Assembly: GCA_032718475.1 (NCBI GenBank)
Contig: JAUCBJ010001428.1
Span: 854-64,853, forward strand
Source: Nemertoderma westbladi
Taxonomy: Eukaryota; Animalia; Xenacoelomorpha
DNA: 64,000 bases
Direction: 5' to 3'
Position numbers and translations under genes: made by a program. Below are positions 35,491 to 49,700 of this stretch, piece by piece. The notes under the pieces are model-generated. The model searched no databases. It was not told the DNA's origin and saw only the letters and a program-made list of their open reading frames with translations. Position 1 is the stretch's first letter; every line of letters starts with the position of its first letter.

Positions 35491-38039
35491 GAAAGAAATC
35501 AATTTTTTGAAATTTCCGTTATGGTGCAAATAGATTAAAATTATAGTTCAGAACGTTTCGGCCAAGTAGCTGCTCAAGATTTCGAGATACTGAGCATTAT
35601 ATTTGGTGGGGTAGATTTACCACCACCTACCCCCCCCCCCCCCCCCCCCCCCGTACAACAACCAAGGCGTACTATATACATAGTAGTATAAATATAGTAC
35701 GCCAACGTAAATTTTAAAGCCTGGTCGAAATAGGGTTAAAGCATTTTACTAAACAAGCCAATAGGAGGGTCAAAATGACTATTCAAATAGTAGTGGATTT
35801 TGATTGGTTGATGATGTATCCCATGCTGACTCCTTATGTGCCAGTCTGGGTTTCAGGATTCTGCCTTGCTATTGCAGCATTGCCTGAATACTGGATACAA
35901 CACTACAAGGTTGCCCACACCGTTATGCCTACTGCTCGAATACCGGTAGGCAATGAATAGGTAGGGGGCCTACCATTAGTTGCGTGTAATGTATTTTTGG
36001 CTAGGATTTTTAATTCAGTCGGCGAGAAGTTCAAGTTTCATAAAAATTTTACTTTAAAGTGCGAAGTGTAGGCCTACCAGTATATTCAACTTTAAAATGA
36101 CAGGTGGCCCAAAAGGCTCCCACAAGACTGCAAAAGCAAAACATAACAAAACAACAGAAGGAGTGTTTTAATTGATGTAACTAGGAAAATTAATCCCCAT
36201 TACCGGTACCGTACCGTACAATATTGTAGCCTATAATTGCCGAATTGTAATAAAACTTTTGACATTCACCTTTGGCTTTAGGCTGTTAGCAGGTTGGGCA
36301 GTTACCGGTAGGCCAATCTGCCAATACTACTGTTTTTTTATTGAATTGAAAAGAATAGGCCTAAGTTGAAATTTCGTCTCTGTCATATCACATATCGTAT
36401 GTTTACTATGCTATTTGATTATTATTAATAAAATTATAATTATTTTCAATACCAATACCAGTCTGCCAGTAATAATTAATTAAATCCTGATATGGCTGCA
36501 ACAAGTGTCAGAACATCAGATGAGGTTATATCAACTATAAATGTACAAGCATTGATAGTACATGTTGAAAGCTATCAAACTTTCAAACCCCATACTCTTA
36601 TTTATCTTCTGTAAGTATAACCTATATCTATATAAATTTTTATTAGCACTGGTATGAGCAGGAGCGCAGGCACAGCATTATAAGTTTGAAAGGAATGAAG
36701 GAATCTCAGCCCAGCCTAGGACATATTTCTGTTCAGGTAGGAAATGCGACATCTGTTCAAAATTATATAACATCACACAATCTGTATACTTCATATTGGC
36801 CAGGAAAGCAATGCTCTTATTTTTTTAGAAATCTACAAACTGGGGAGACATTTGCACATATGAATAAAAGTGCTAGTGAAAGCGACAAATGGTTTGTCAA
36901 TAAAAATGGTATAGGTGTCGGTTGCTTCGTTTCTCTACGACATATAACAATGGCGGAGAAGACTTTAGGCGGGATTCCTGTGGTAAAGTCATCGACCATC
37001 CCAATTCTGATTGATGCACCTACTGATGCACAATTACCAGGAATACATGCTATTGATCTACCTCAGGTTCATTGCTTTCGGATTCTATTATCGGAATTAA
37101 AAATTAGTATTGTAAGTTAATATTTTACATAGTTTACTACAATATATAAATTTAGAGTTATTGTGCGCAAAATTAACTCATTTTGAATGTTTATTATTTA
37201 TTTATATTTGAGTGAATTGTTGTTTCTTTTGATTCAGTCGCACGTTATTGTTATAGTCTTCTCTTCTATATGAATATAATATTGCAAGTAAAAAGAATTA
37301 TTGCATGAGGAAAATTTATAAATTTATCACCATAATATAATAATAATTTTATTTTTATTATTAACACAGTGACAATATTAAAGTTTATTTTTTATTTAAT
37401 AATCGTCCACCGCTTAATTTATTATCTCGCTTTCAATGAGATAAAGAATTTCAAAAATTTGTTAGCGCTTTCGACCTTCTTTCGACCCTTGTTTCCAACT
37501 ATTCATAACATACATACACTCATCTTTTCATACTATGATTAGATTATACGTCATAACCCGTAATATAGTGTCATTTTCTGATGACACGGACCCCTGAGAA
37601 ACAACTGAGAAATATGCGTTCAAAGAGAGTTGGTGGGCAACAGTGGTATGCGTATACATACAAAGTATAGTATACTTGTATGTATACGCATACCGCTTAT
37701 ATTGTATACTTAGTATACAATATCTCTATTACATAACTATTTAAACAAAATGTTTAGAGCATTGTATATGTATTAAATTCATTAAATGGCCTTCAGTCAA
37801 ATATACTGTACTTCTTGCTATTTTTTAATTTTTTAACACATATCTGATGTCACTCGCGAAATATTCAGACATTGTTACATATTTCGAATCTTTGCAACGC
37901 AAGTTTGTACATCATGTCGTGGAATGTATAATCGTTATTTTGTGGAATTACCGGACACAATCGGCCTCGCAGGCGTCAGTTATCTCCTGACCGGCTGCCT
38001 GTCTCACCCCCTACTGGAGAGAGAGCGGCCAACAATTCT

Positions 38040-41000
38040 TTGAGTCCCTTTCCTGATGACATTTCTGGCCCAAACCCTGGGTCACCAGGGAGGCCAGATT
38101 GTGAGGGGGAGAGGGATTCTGGAGTTGGAGGCTACTCTCATATTCCACCCCGACCAACAAAGCCATTGGTGAATCTGAGGCAAGTCACTAGACTAGCCTC
38201 AGTTAACACCCTAACACTCGGGTCCCCAATGCGACAAGGTGAGCTGACTGCCTTGGCAGATAGGCTTTCTCTTAGCGCAGTGGGTGTTCAAGAGCACCGA
38301 ATGCAGACTGGACAGACTGATGAGGTTCTGATTAAGGACATGGGGGGCGGTTGGCGACTCGCCCTCGCGTCAGCAGATGATAGTGGCAATGGTGGAATTG
38401 GTCTATTGATGAATCCAACTGCACATGCAGCATTGGACAAAATAGACCAAATCTCTAACTGCATCATCCGTTGCCACTTCTCATGTTCTGGAAGACTGGC
38501 TAAGAAGTTTCCTAAGGTGGTTCTGATTGTATGCTACTCTCCAACTAGTGTTGCCCCTGTAGAGGAGGTGGAAAATTTCTACCACAATCTACAAGCAGCT
38601 ACTGATGGAGTGGATCACATGCATTCTTAACATTCCTGGGAGACTTTAATGCAAGTCTGCATCAATCACCTACATCGCCCTGGGTCTATAGCAATAGTGT
38701 TAACCGAAATTCTGTCCATCTTCAGGATTTTATCTCTGGAAATGGATTGTTTTCGGCTGGAACCCAGTTCAAGAAGCGAACTGGAAAGCTATGGACTCAT
38801 AGTGGACCCAGTGGTCACAAGTCCCAGATAGACCATATTCTGTTTCGTAGGAAATACAGGAGCTCTATACAAGACTGTAATGCATTTACACTTCGACCCT
38901 TCTCCAGTGATCACTGCCTTATTGTGGCCAAGGTAAGACTTAGTCTGCGTGCTAGCAGAACAACGAAATCTGCCTTGCCGCGGCATGACTGGTCCTCTCT
39001 GTTGCAACAGCCAAGTGTGAGATCCAGCTTCACACTACAGCTGAGCAACAGATATGAGGTTCTTGCCTCTGAGGCGGCAGATCACTGCGAGGGCTATACT
39101 GCCTTCACAGAAGCAGTTAAATTAGCATCTGCAGAAACAGTTCCTGTATACCCTTGAAACAGGAAAAGGGCCCCCTGGACTAACAACATAATTCAGAAGT
39201 GCCGAAATGACCTCTATAAGGCGCAGAAAGAGTCCCGGCTCAAACAGACTACAGCGGACAAGAATGTACTTAAGGCTGCATCTAGGTCCCTGAACAGACA
39301 GTACTCTGTTAATCTACAGGAGCTAATAAACCAACAGGTTGATGCCATCAATCATGCTGACGACAGCAGGCAATCATCCCAGGCATGGAAATCGATCAAC
39401 TTGCTTACTGGGCGGAAAAGCCAACCAACCACCAAGGTTAAGGCTGAATCACCAGCCGATCGCCTCAACGGTTGGAAAGCCCACTTTGAAAAGCTCCTCA
39501 ATAATGACAGGGTATTGCCTGATAACTTTATAGAAGTAAAAGTGTCTGCAGTCTGTACTCCCAGATATTCCCATTGGCGAATCTCCTTTGCAGAAGTGAA
39601 GGCTGCTGCAAAGAGCATTAAGACCAATCGTGCCAGTGGAGTAGATGGTGTTCCTCCTGAGGTCTTTAAAATACCTGAGTGTTTAAAGCTCATCTATCCC
39701 ATCATAGTAGACATGTACCGAACAACAAGAGTCCCACAAGAAATAAACACAAATAAGTTGGTGCCAGTTCCCAAGAAGGGCAACCTAACACTCTATGGTT
39801 CTTTTCGGGGAATCTCATTGATCTCGATTGCTGCAAAGCTATACAATAGAATTATATTAAATCGCATCAGGGATCCCATTGAGAGACTGCTCCGTGGAAA
39901 TCAGAATGGGTTCCGTAAAGGTCGTGGGACCATGGAGCCCATTTTGGCACTTAGAAGGATAATTGAAGAGTTATCAAAAGAGAAAGACAGGCATCTGGCT
40001 GTTATCTTTGTTGACTTCTTCAAGGCCTTTGATTCAGTCTCTCGCTCACGTATGTTCAGCATACTTTCATTATATGGGATTCCTGATGAAATTATTGCAA
40101 GCAATCAGATCAGTATACGATGGTTCGACAACATTTGTGTCTACTGTTGACGGTGACACAGAACCATTTGAAGTGTTATGGGGCGTCCTCCAAGGAGACA
40201 CACTTGCACCATTCTTGTTCATTATTGTGGTTGACTATGTTCTACGCATGTCCTTAGATCATCATAATGATGATGGGGTGATGATAACTCCACCTACTGG
40301 CTCCAGAAGTCGAGGAAATCCTGCCAAGTACCTAACTGATCTAGACTTTGCTGATGACTTAGGAGTACTCTCAGAATCACTAGAGGGAGCCCAACGGCTC
40401 CTCAGCTCATTAGAACATGCTGCTTCTAGTGTTGGTCTTTTTATTAACTCCAGAAAGACCAAAATTCTGACAGTTAACTTTGAAAGTCCTCAGCAAGTCT
40501 CTGATCGGATGAGCATAAGCTCAAAGGATGGTATGCTTGAGCATGTGGACGACTTCTGTTACCTGGGATCATGGATCCGGAAGTCAGGTGAGGACCTTCG
40601 AATACGTAAGGGAAAGGCATGGGCAGCCTTGAATAGGCTTTCCAGGATTTGGAAGTCACCGAGAATTAATCGGAAACTTAAGGTCCGATTATTTAGAGCA
40701 GCAGTAGTTCTAGTACTCTATGGGAGTCCATGCTGGGCTCTAACTGCTGAGGACACCAAATCTCTGGATGGCACATTCACAAGAATGCTACGCCGGGTTC
40801 ATTGTGTCAAGTACAATGCACACATCTCCAACCAGACACTATATAACATTGGGGGTGTCTCATTGGTTCCCCCAAGCTTGACACTAGAACAAAGTCGCCT
40901 CCGCTTTGCAGGACATTGTTTTCGCCGTGAGGACCAGCCAGTGCATAATCTTGTGCTTTGGCAGCCTCATGGAGTGAATAAGCATGGAGTGGACAGCCAC

Positions 41001-41135
41001 AACCAATGACATTCTTGAGACGCATCTTAAAGGACACTGGCCTTGAAGATGCGGATGATCTAGCAAATGTCATGGGTGATAGGGAGTTGTGGCGGCGCAA
41101 TTTTGTCGACAAGCCGGCACAGCATTCTTAAAAAT
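38040..41135 (+). mobile_element. Decayed non-LTR retrotransposon (RTE-like; APE endonuclease plus RT), with stops and frameshifts
   Basis: EN motifs VGVQEHR, CYSPT, LGDFNA, SQIDHIL, SDHCLI; RT motifs QNGFRKGRGT, FVDFFKAFDSV, GVLQGDTLAPFLF, DFADDL, FCYLGS; C-terminal RLRFAGHCFR; split over at least four ORFs. Confidence 0.93.
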
Positions 41136-42709
41136 GCAGCTGCAATGCAGCATGCCGATCCTAGTAGTATTATTAGGGTAAACAATTACTGCATTAGCAT
41201 TAGACAGCGGCAATTTGAATTTTGTAGAAGTAGTTGTTACCGGTCTGCTGGTCAGCCGGTAGGCCAATACTACAACTGTACTACAGTATTGCTGTACTGC
41301 AGTAGCAGTACTGTTGGTTTACGGACTCCTATTGACATAAGTGACCACTATTGCGTATTGTTCTGATATAAGTAGGACCGTGAACCGGCCAGGCTTGCCA
41401 GCTTGTTTTTATACAAGCTAGTATGTTCGTCAACATGTTAGTTATTATTTTTATAATTATATTACATTTTTTAAAATAGTTCAAAATTAATATATTCGCT
41501 AGTTTTTGTTATTTTTAAATTGTTGTTCTGGAACATGTTTGCTGGTATATAAAAATGTTCCAGAATTTTGTTCTGTTACCTTTTTAAGAGGTCTAGAACA
41601 TAGTTCTGGAAATTTAGTATATATAGCGAAAATATTCATGAATCGTTAACAAAACATACAAATATAAGAAATTTCCAATATTATCTATTAAACATCTTGT
41701 TAAGTAATCCAGACTTTTAACAATAAGACAACATATTATATTGTGTATAAGGTGCCTTTATCTCTCTTCGGTCCCTCGTTTCAATATTTCACTCACTCGC
41801 TTCGCTCGTTTGTGTATATATTAACATTCGGGATCGGCGTGAGATAAAGTCCTACATTATACACAATATAATAAATAGTTAATTGTAAACAATTATTTTA
41901 GTAAAATAATGTAAGCCCGGTGTAAGCCCGGTGTAAGCCTGTACGCCTCAACCTACTTCATATTTTTTCATGAATCATGGGATACACTGGCAATATGTTA
42001 AGATATTTAATTTTACAATCATCCTGAGTTCCCGTAACAATTGCTAATTAACTAATACCTCAAAAATCACTTTGTAATTATCGTGATTACGCTTTTTAAT
42101 TACCTTCCCAGATCCTATAAATCCTAAATATTAACTTAAATCCGATTGTTATACCCCTTCCCGGATCCATTATATAACACTCGCTAATTAAATTATTGTT
42201 CCCGCGGTTTATACCACATCTTCTTTTTTAATTGCTTAGATAAATATTCCTCAAGTATGCGGAGGAAGTATTTGTGATGGTCTATATGGATTAACGAAAT
42301 GTCCATGTTTTAGACATAGCCTCATGGCGTGGGTTCTGAATGTTGCCGTAGATATTCCGGGATTAACTGATGACGAAGGGAAGCCTTTGTTAGCCCACCC
42401 TTTTCATTCGCAAAGATTCACTCGACTTTTCTTCAATGAGAGTTTCTGTTTCGTAAGTTAACGATGTTTAATGACAATTACAAGTATTTAGGTTCAATTT
42501 TAATACTTAATCTATAAGATTTTGTGGTTTGTGTTTTTTATCCACAATTGCTGATACATGAAAATGTAAATAAACAGAAGCAAGTAACTGCTACTGCTAT
42601 AATGAATATATACTTCATTGTAGCTGCATTTTGAGATGCTATTCCGCGTTATTAAAAATAATTTAGTCATCCCCATGCCATCCACAATTACCATGCCTCA
42701 ATGAAGCGT

Positions 42710-43053
42710 GCATTAAGAATGCTGTGCCGGCTTATCAACAAAGTTGCACCGCCACAACTCCCTATCCACCATGGCTTTCGCGAGATTATCCGCATCTTCA
42801 AGGATGGTGTCCTTTAAGAGGCGTGTCAAGAAAGTCATCGGCTGTGTCTGTCTGCCATGCTTATTTTCTCCATGGAACTGTCAAAGCAAGGGCACACCAC
42901 ACACACAGTCTGGTCCTCTCGTCTAAAGAAGTCCAGCAAAGCAGAGACATCTTGATTCAAATCTCAGAACTAATGAGACACTTCCAATGTTATATAGTGT
43001 TTGGTTGATCATGTGCATATTGTACTTGAACTTGACACAATTAACATGACGTG
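42710..43053 (-). mobile_element. 5'-truncated, diverged 3'-end copy of the same LINE family
   Basis: TAAGAATGCTGTGCCGGCTT...CGCCACAACTCCCTATC...ATCCGCATCTTCAAGG is the reverse complement of ~40790-41130. Confidence 0.85.
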
Positions 43054-43486
43054 ACCAAAAGGTTTGTTAACATAGGAGATTAGTCTTGTCTAGAGGCTCC
43101 TCCTTCGATCTACCAGAATCTTCGGATGGGCTTTTAAGTTAATATATACATAAAAAAAACCTCTTAGTCAGTATGTCGGTACATTCAAATGTGCACCAAT
43201 GATGTCATGTTATTTTTGACTATTTTCGACCACTGTCACAAATTTCATACCCCCCTCCCCCTTTGAACGTCACGTCACAAAAAATTAACAGTTTAGTTAA
43301 ATAATAAATGTTAAATTTTATATTATTATGTTAATACTAGTTCTGGTACCGGTATATTTAGTAATATCTTATTATAATATATATTTATATACAGTATTAG
43401 TATTATAAATATTATATTATAAAATAATATTTTTCTATTTATTATACCTATTACTGAAATAATTAAGTATGATATGAAATATTTAA

Positions 43487-45011
43487 CCCTTAAACTGGTA
43501 ACGATTTTTTCTAAAACGCCATCTCCACTTGGTGAAAACTCAAATATGAGTTTTGCGATTGTCAGTTCTACTTGGTGGGAATTATTGATGAAATCTATTC
43601 TGACTTGGTGTAAACTCAAATATGAGTTACAGTAAAACGGTTCTGACTTGGTTCCAACTCACATATTAGTTTCGGCTATACATTTGTTTATCAGCTCCCG
43701 GGAAGGTAGCATTGACTTTTCTGTCTACGTCACCAGGCCCATTGTATTGGGCTGTTGATGAGCTTTACAACCAACAGTAGTTGAATCGGCTACAGACGAT
43801 CAGTATACGCTAAACAACACGGTAGTAAATTGTGGGAATATTGTCAAAATTCAACTAATGGCCGTTTCATTATTATAAGTCACAGAAACAAACTGTTAGC
43901 ACCAGGTTGAAGGTCATTTTCTCATCCTTCAGCTGATAATATATAACGGCCTCTGAAGTTGAAAATTAAGCAGTCTATCGCTAATTTAATGTTTGAAGTA
44001 ATTCGACGCAGTTATTTTAAAATAATGAATCATATTCGATAAATAAAATACTGTTAAGATCCAGTTTTTGTCAACATTTTAATGCGCATAAATACATTTA
44101 TGCTGGAAGCTGGACTGGAAGATTTGGCAGATTTAAAGTACGAGCTAAGCGAATTCTAAAATCCCAACGAGTGCAAAACTCAATACACGATGGCAGAATA
44201 TCTTAATTTCGTACCTCCGAAACTAGTGACAAGGAGTTATCTGATTAATTTTTTTCGGATCTATTAAGCGTCAAAGATACATTATATTATGTATAATTTA
44301 CATTCATTGCATAATTATTATTTTAAAAATCTACGAAATTTCTGGATTTACCTTTTATGAATTTAAACTTTATAAATATAAGAAAAACTCTCACCAAGGG
44401 GGAATAGAGCAGAGAAATATAATCTCTACCAAGTCCAGACGATGGCTCATAAACTCATGAGTTTTCACCAAGTCCAGACGATGGCTCATAAACTCATGAG
44501 TTTTCACCAAGTCCAGACGATGGCTCATAAACTCATGAGTTTCACCAAGTCAACTAATTCTTCTTAAAAAAGATCCACCAAGAGGGAATACACTTGCGAG
44601 AACTCAAATATGAGTTCTAACCAAGTCAGATACTACCATTAAAAAAATTCCCACCAGGTAAATGTAAAGTAAAAATTCCCACCAGGTAAAAGTAAAGTCA
44701 ATTTTCTTCCGCCCCTAGGCCAGGGATTACGCACAAAGTCTGACGACTTATTTCCAGTGCGGTCCCCCCAGAACTTTACTCCCCAGAGGAAACTCTAGTA
44801 CTCATTTAGCTACCAGTTAAGGATGCAAGGCAGAGATGCGCTCTGGCTGTCCCATTAAAGCATTTGTGCCGAAACGAAAACTGCCTTGGCCCATGTGAGG
44901 ATCGAACCCACGACCTACGGGAGATGTGAATTCAATGCAACCACTACACCAAGGTCGAACATAGGTGGAATTGGCCGTCCCAAAACTCATGAGTTTTCAT
45001 CAGTTCAAGGA
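43487..45011. mobile_element. Non-autonomous piggyBac-like element
   Basis: TTAA|CCCTTAAACTGGT ... ATCAGTTCAAGGA|TTAA; many AAACTCA(AATA)TGAGTTT palindromes linked to ACTTGGT (left) or ACCAAGT (right); 41-bp tandem at 44428-44551. Confidence 0.65.
44690..44955 (-). mobile_element. tRNA-derived SINE nested in the piggyBac-like element
   Basis: Minus strand A box TGGTGTAGTGG and B box GGTTCGATCC ending TGGGCCA; central TAGCTAAATGAGTAC reminiscent of the Deu/Nin SINE core; TTTAC-type tail. Confidence 0.65.
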
Positions 45012-45412
45012 TTAAATTGATTAAATTTAAATATTATTATTAAATATTTACAACAACAGCTAACCCGCAATTTATATGATGTTTTTTTTTTAAATAATAC
45101 ATATTTATTTATTATATATATGTAATACTAATATGACAGTAAATACAAAAAAATAGTGTCAAAAACAATAATTAGGCCTACTTAGTAATAACTTTGTACT
45201 AACTTAGGCTAATTAGTAATAACTATAACGCAGTAGTATTCTTATAATTATTTTGTAAATTCTGTATAGGCCTACTATTTTGTTTATGCAGAAACCTATT
45301 AATGCAGTTAGTTTAAAACAAACAAGAGAACACGTCAAACAGGAGGTTTCGAAGTATGGGGGTGGATGGTTTATATCTGGTTGGACAAGGGGTACTGAAG
45401 TAGAATCAAACC

Positions 45413-46623
45413 TGTACGCGCTTTTGGAGACCTTTAGCAGTTTAACCTGCCAAAATTTATATGTCTTTAGTTGGTAAATTAACTTTATAAGATGACAAGA
45501 TTTAATACAAAATAAACACAACATTAGCCGAAACCAGCCTAGTGCGCGTTCATTCACCCGCTGGATATTCCCGGGAGACTGGATTCGTATGCTTAGATTT
45601 ATTGCAGTGAAGCCTACTTGTATTATTCGATTGATCACTAGTATATAATCTCTGGCAAATATTATTCACTTTCGGGAAATATTAGCAGTTCCTTTCGGAC
45701 GTGGCGTTCTATCTATGTAAACAAAGTTATGACTTACACCAAACACAACGATATGGCTTAGATTTCACGTATGAGACGCATTCTTTAGGAGATGCTTAGT
45801 TATCAGTCTCAATCACAATCATACACACTACCGGTACCGCACAATACTGCTCACTGGTTTGCCGACAGTCACTGACTTTGATCACGTATAAAGAGAATAG
45901 CACTTGACTCAAGTAGTGGCTACCAAATAGCATTATATTCACTACAAACCACTATAATATAAGTCGCAATCGTTGTATGTAAACTGTCTCTCTAACCTGT
46001 AGTGTATCAAGAAAATTGGGAACTTTGGGTTCTTTATATGTGTTCTCCAAATAATATTCAACCAAACAACAGTAAATAGCAGTATACTGATATATTGAAC
46101 CGATAATGTAAGAACTGATTAGAAAATAAGGTATGAAATATAATAAGAACTGTGATATGCACTGATAACAGTCATACGCTCTATAATCTAAGACTACTAA
46201 TGTTTCTTATAAAGTTATAAAAATACGTGATTCCAGAGCCGTTCTTCCTGGCTTAGAATCCTCAACAACACACTCGTGACTACTCCCTATACAAGGGTAC
46301 CAGCTACCCTTATTCCACGAAGCTCTCACCCACCACAGAGAATGAGCATACAGATAGGAAATTCAGTTCAGTAGATCTGTGATAGGTCAAAATCAAAACC
46401 AACTCAAACCCTATTGGCAGATACAGAAAGCAGGGCTATGGGGCAACCTTCCCAAGCTGGTTGGACGATCAAACATAGCCCAGATCCCTTCGCACAGCAA
46501 ATCAGCCAATCAGCCGGTAGCTTGCACTATTCGAGTTATAGATCCCTTTTGAGAGTATTCTAGCGCCAGGGGGGAACTGGTTAGCAAGGCGAACGAATCA
46601 GTTATCCCACAAAAGCTTTTACA
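45413..46623 (-). repeat. 3' LTR of BEL/Pao element (~1211 bp)
   Basis: TGTA...TACA termini; about 6 differences by eye from 62821-64000 over 1180 bp; right end inferred from the adjacent PPT. Confidence 0.92.
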
Positions 46624-46631
46624 CCGCTCCC
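46624..46631 (-). other. Polypurine tract of BEL/Pao element
   Basis: Minus strand GGGAGCGG immediately before TGTAAAAG. Confidence 0.65.
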
Positions 46632-46701
46632 AGAAAATGGGATTTAAGTCTATAAAATATACAAAATCACAGTTTCTAATATACATAAATACTCTAAACA
46701 G

Positions 46702-49700
46702 TTAGTCTTTCTTGCGCGGACGGCGTTTACGCAGTTTTTTAAAGCTAGCCAGAGTCTTTTTCTCTTTGGGGCGAGCCACTTTACAAGGAGGGCTATAACT
46801 CCTGGGTGAAGGGTGCAATATAATTGCATCAGAAGGTGCAGGATTGTGGTCGGTGTATCCGCCGGTTGAAGTGCCTGGTAGGTTGACATCAACTTCGGGG
46901 GACTGGGGTCTAACGGCTTTTAGAGCGCGTTTTAAGACGGCTGCTCTTACGGGTCCCTTACGCGTGGTCTGAACGAGAGCCGTGGGTGGACCATAGGCCG
47001 TTAGAAATTGCCTTGGTTTAATGGTTCTTTCCAACTCGCGTTCGCGGGCTCGATATTCGTAAGGCCGTCGATATACCTCTTGTAACTCAGGGTGTGAGTT
47101 AACGAATATTTCTCCATAATCAGGGTCGTGACGGATAAAATTAATTAAGTGATAGGAATGAATATCACTGGGATTAACCTGTCTGAGGAATTTGCGCACA
47201 AACTTAGTCGAAATGCATTCTCCGACGCGCTTCAGTAGCTCGTAACTCGGTATGCGTGCTTTCTGTTCGACAGAAGCGAATAGGTAAGGATGGAACGCAT
47301 AAACTCCTTCGTAAGCGCGTCCAGGGTAATAGCGGTGGCGTGAGTTACAATGCAAATCAGCGTTCGCTTCCCAAGCTCTAATATAACGGAGTGTAATCAA
47401 TTCATCTACACTTTCTAAATCTTTATTAAATGGACAATCAAAGCTGGCGTGTCCTTTTAGTTGACAATGGTGGCATTGCGTCATAAATTGAGGACAGACT
47501 GCAAAAATGTGCGAACTATTGAGTCGACAATAGGCACAGTAAATTTCCATCGACGGTTGTTCGCGGAAATAAGAACATGGGGCGTTCGTGTCCATGGGCG
47601 TAATATGGTCTCTAGATGCGCATAACCGACAACGCTGTCGATCAACATAGTTGGCATGACGATAATCGTACGCAGTGAGACACTGTGGACCTTGATACCA
47701 TTCTAGTATATAGTCGTTGTCGCTGTTCCGAGGCGTGGTAGGTTGAATCTCCTCGGATTCTAGACATATTGGTTCGTCTTCCCATTGCATAGCTGAGGTG
47801 GGCGTAACCGTCTCTTCCGGTGGACCTACTGTTTGCATTTCCACGACAGAGTAACCTGTGGTGATTCTAGGTCTTTGAATAACAGAAGAATGCAGATTCG
47901 ATATACAAATATCCTTAAAAATGGCAAATCCAGCACTATCTAACTTCTCAGCGGCGGAGTGTCTGAGGCTGAGTTTGGTCAACGCGCGGTCTTTAAATTG
48001 ACTATCCATGTTACGAAACGGTGTTAGGAATCGTCGGAAACATTCAAAGCGGATGAATTTATTATGTTCATCTAGCTTAGCGAGTTTGGTCCCAAGTACT
48101 AATGGATGGGCGCGTATAGTACGGCTGCACACATCGGCTAGCCAACCGGAAAGTGCGGTGTTTTCAAAGATCGTGTAGATAGCTAAGGAGGGACGTAGTG
48201 GGACACTCATGAAGCTATACACGGCGCCAGGTGCGGTCAATGGTCCGTCAAAGTATAATCGTGAATAATGGTCTCCATATATTTGTTGATAGTTTATGGG
48301 ATTTCCAACCTTGAAATTCCATCCGTATTCCTGAAAGGCCAGATGTCCGATGGAAGTTCGTTGAACTTTGGTAATGTCGCTAGACGTATTAGCATACATG
48401 GTGCGGAAGAAACCTCGGCCTTCTGCCCAGGGAGCAATTAACTGTGTATCCACGAAAGGATATGGTATATCCTCCATATTCCGAAAATCGTTTTGGAGAT
48501 CTCCATAAACAGCGGAACCGAGTTTAAGGATTCTTTCGTTGAACAACATCTCGAGGACGGGCTGTGGTAACATCGATCCATCAATACCCATGGCCGGTTT
48601 GCGTTCGGTGTCGATGACGTAACGCTGCGCAAGTGCGAATTGACCATGTCGGAGATTCTTTTGTGTTTCGGTGAGAGTTTCAAAAGAATAATCAATCACG
48701 TCGGAACACGCTCGAGTAAACACGTGAGTAGAACCGGCTAATCCGCGTATGTGGATCATGCGCGTAGTTCCTAATTCTCCGACCGGAACGCTGCCTTCAT
48801 TGTCGTAGGTGACGACTCCATACATCTCAATGATATTAAGAGTTTCATTCCACTCTTTCGTAGCGTTCTCGAGGGTCATCCCTACTGGATGCCACAAGGT
48901 GGCGCATTGGTTAGCGTCAGGGAGATCTCTATACCTCAGGGATTGCGTGTTACACGTCTCAATATTTCCCTGTCTTTGTATTCTTTCCTCCTCGAATAAT
49001 ACGTCGAGATTCCAATGGACTAATCGAGTTTTAATGAATCCATCGAGGTTATAGGGAGGTGTAGCATCATTCTCAATTCTAGAGATATTATATGGTTTTC
49101 TAAATGAGTTTACCTTTACTAACTGATCCAAATGTTTCTGTAATTGCTCGAGTTCGACAATGTCTAGAGGATTTATTAGCGGTAGAAACTTTAAGTTATG
49201 CGTCGGATCTTCCGGTTTTATCAGATAATATTGAGTCAGATTAACGTAATAAGGGTGGTCTTTAATCCCATAAAACGAGTTCGTTAAAGGTCTAGCGCGT
49301 ATGTTGACATCGTGTACCATACGACGGACAAGATCCGCTCGATCGTCCGGAGGTTCAACGAGTATACCGTCAACACGAGCAGCTTCGATTGGCGGACGCT
49401 GTAACATGGGGGCGTCGGCGATAAGATCACGTGATCTTATACTAATATCAACCGGCTGGGGTTGTGCCGTCGCGAAGAGTTTGTCTCCGAAATGGGGAAT
49501 CATCGAGGGGTGACGGATGGTTTTAGAGTAGAGATCCGTCATAAGGATTTGGGCTTCGGGTTGGGCTAAAGCGGCTTCTTCCCTCTCGTCCATTTCCGTA
49601 TGCTTCTTTTCGAGTTGATTCTCCTCCACTTGTTGTTGTAGACGCTCGTCCAAAAACTCCTGTAGGGAATACGTGCGTCCAAGCTCGATATCTTCCTCTA

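Noticed and set aside
36492-37120. Possible two-exon gene (ATG 36492, GTAAGT 36611, AG 36647)
   Set aside because: The spliced frame hits a stop within ~12 codons and no motif was recognised; at best a decayed fragment.
44888-44955. Functional tRNA gene
   Set aside because: A and B boxes present but no convincing acceptor or anticodon stems; followed by a SINE-like body and tail.
45213-45638. 141-aa ORF and its 79-aa twin at 62807-63046
   Set aside because: Lies in the LTR and runs into unrelated flanks; no motifs.
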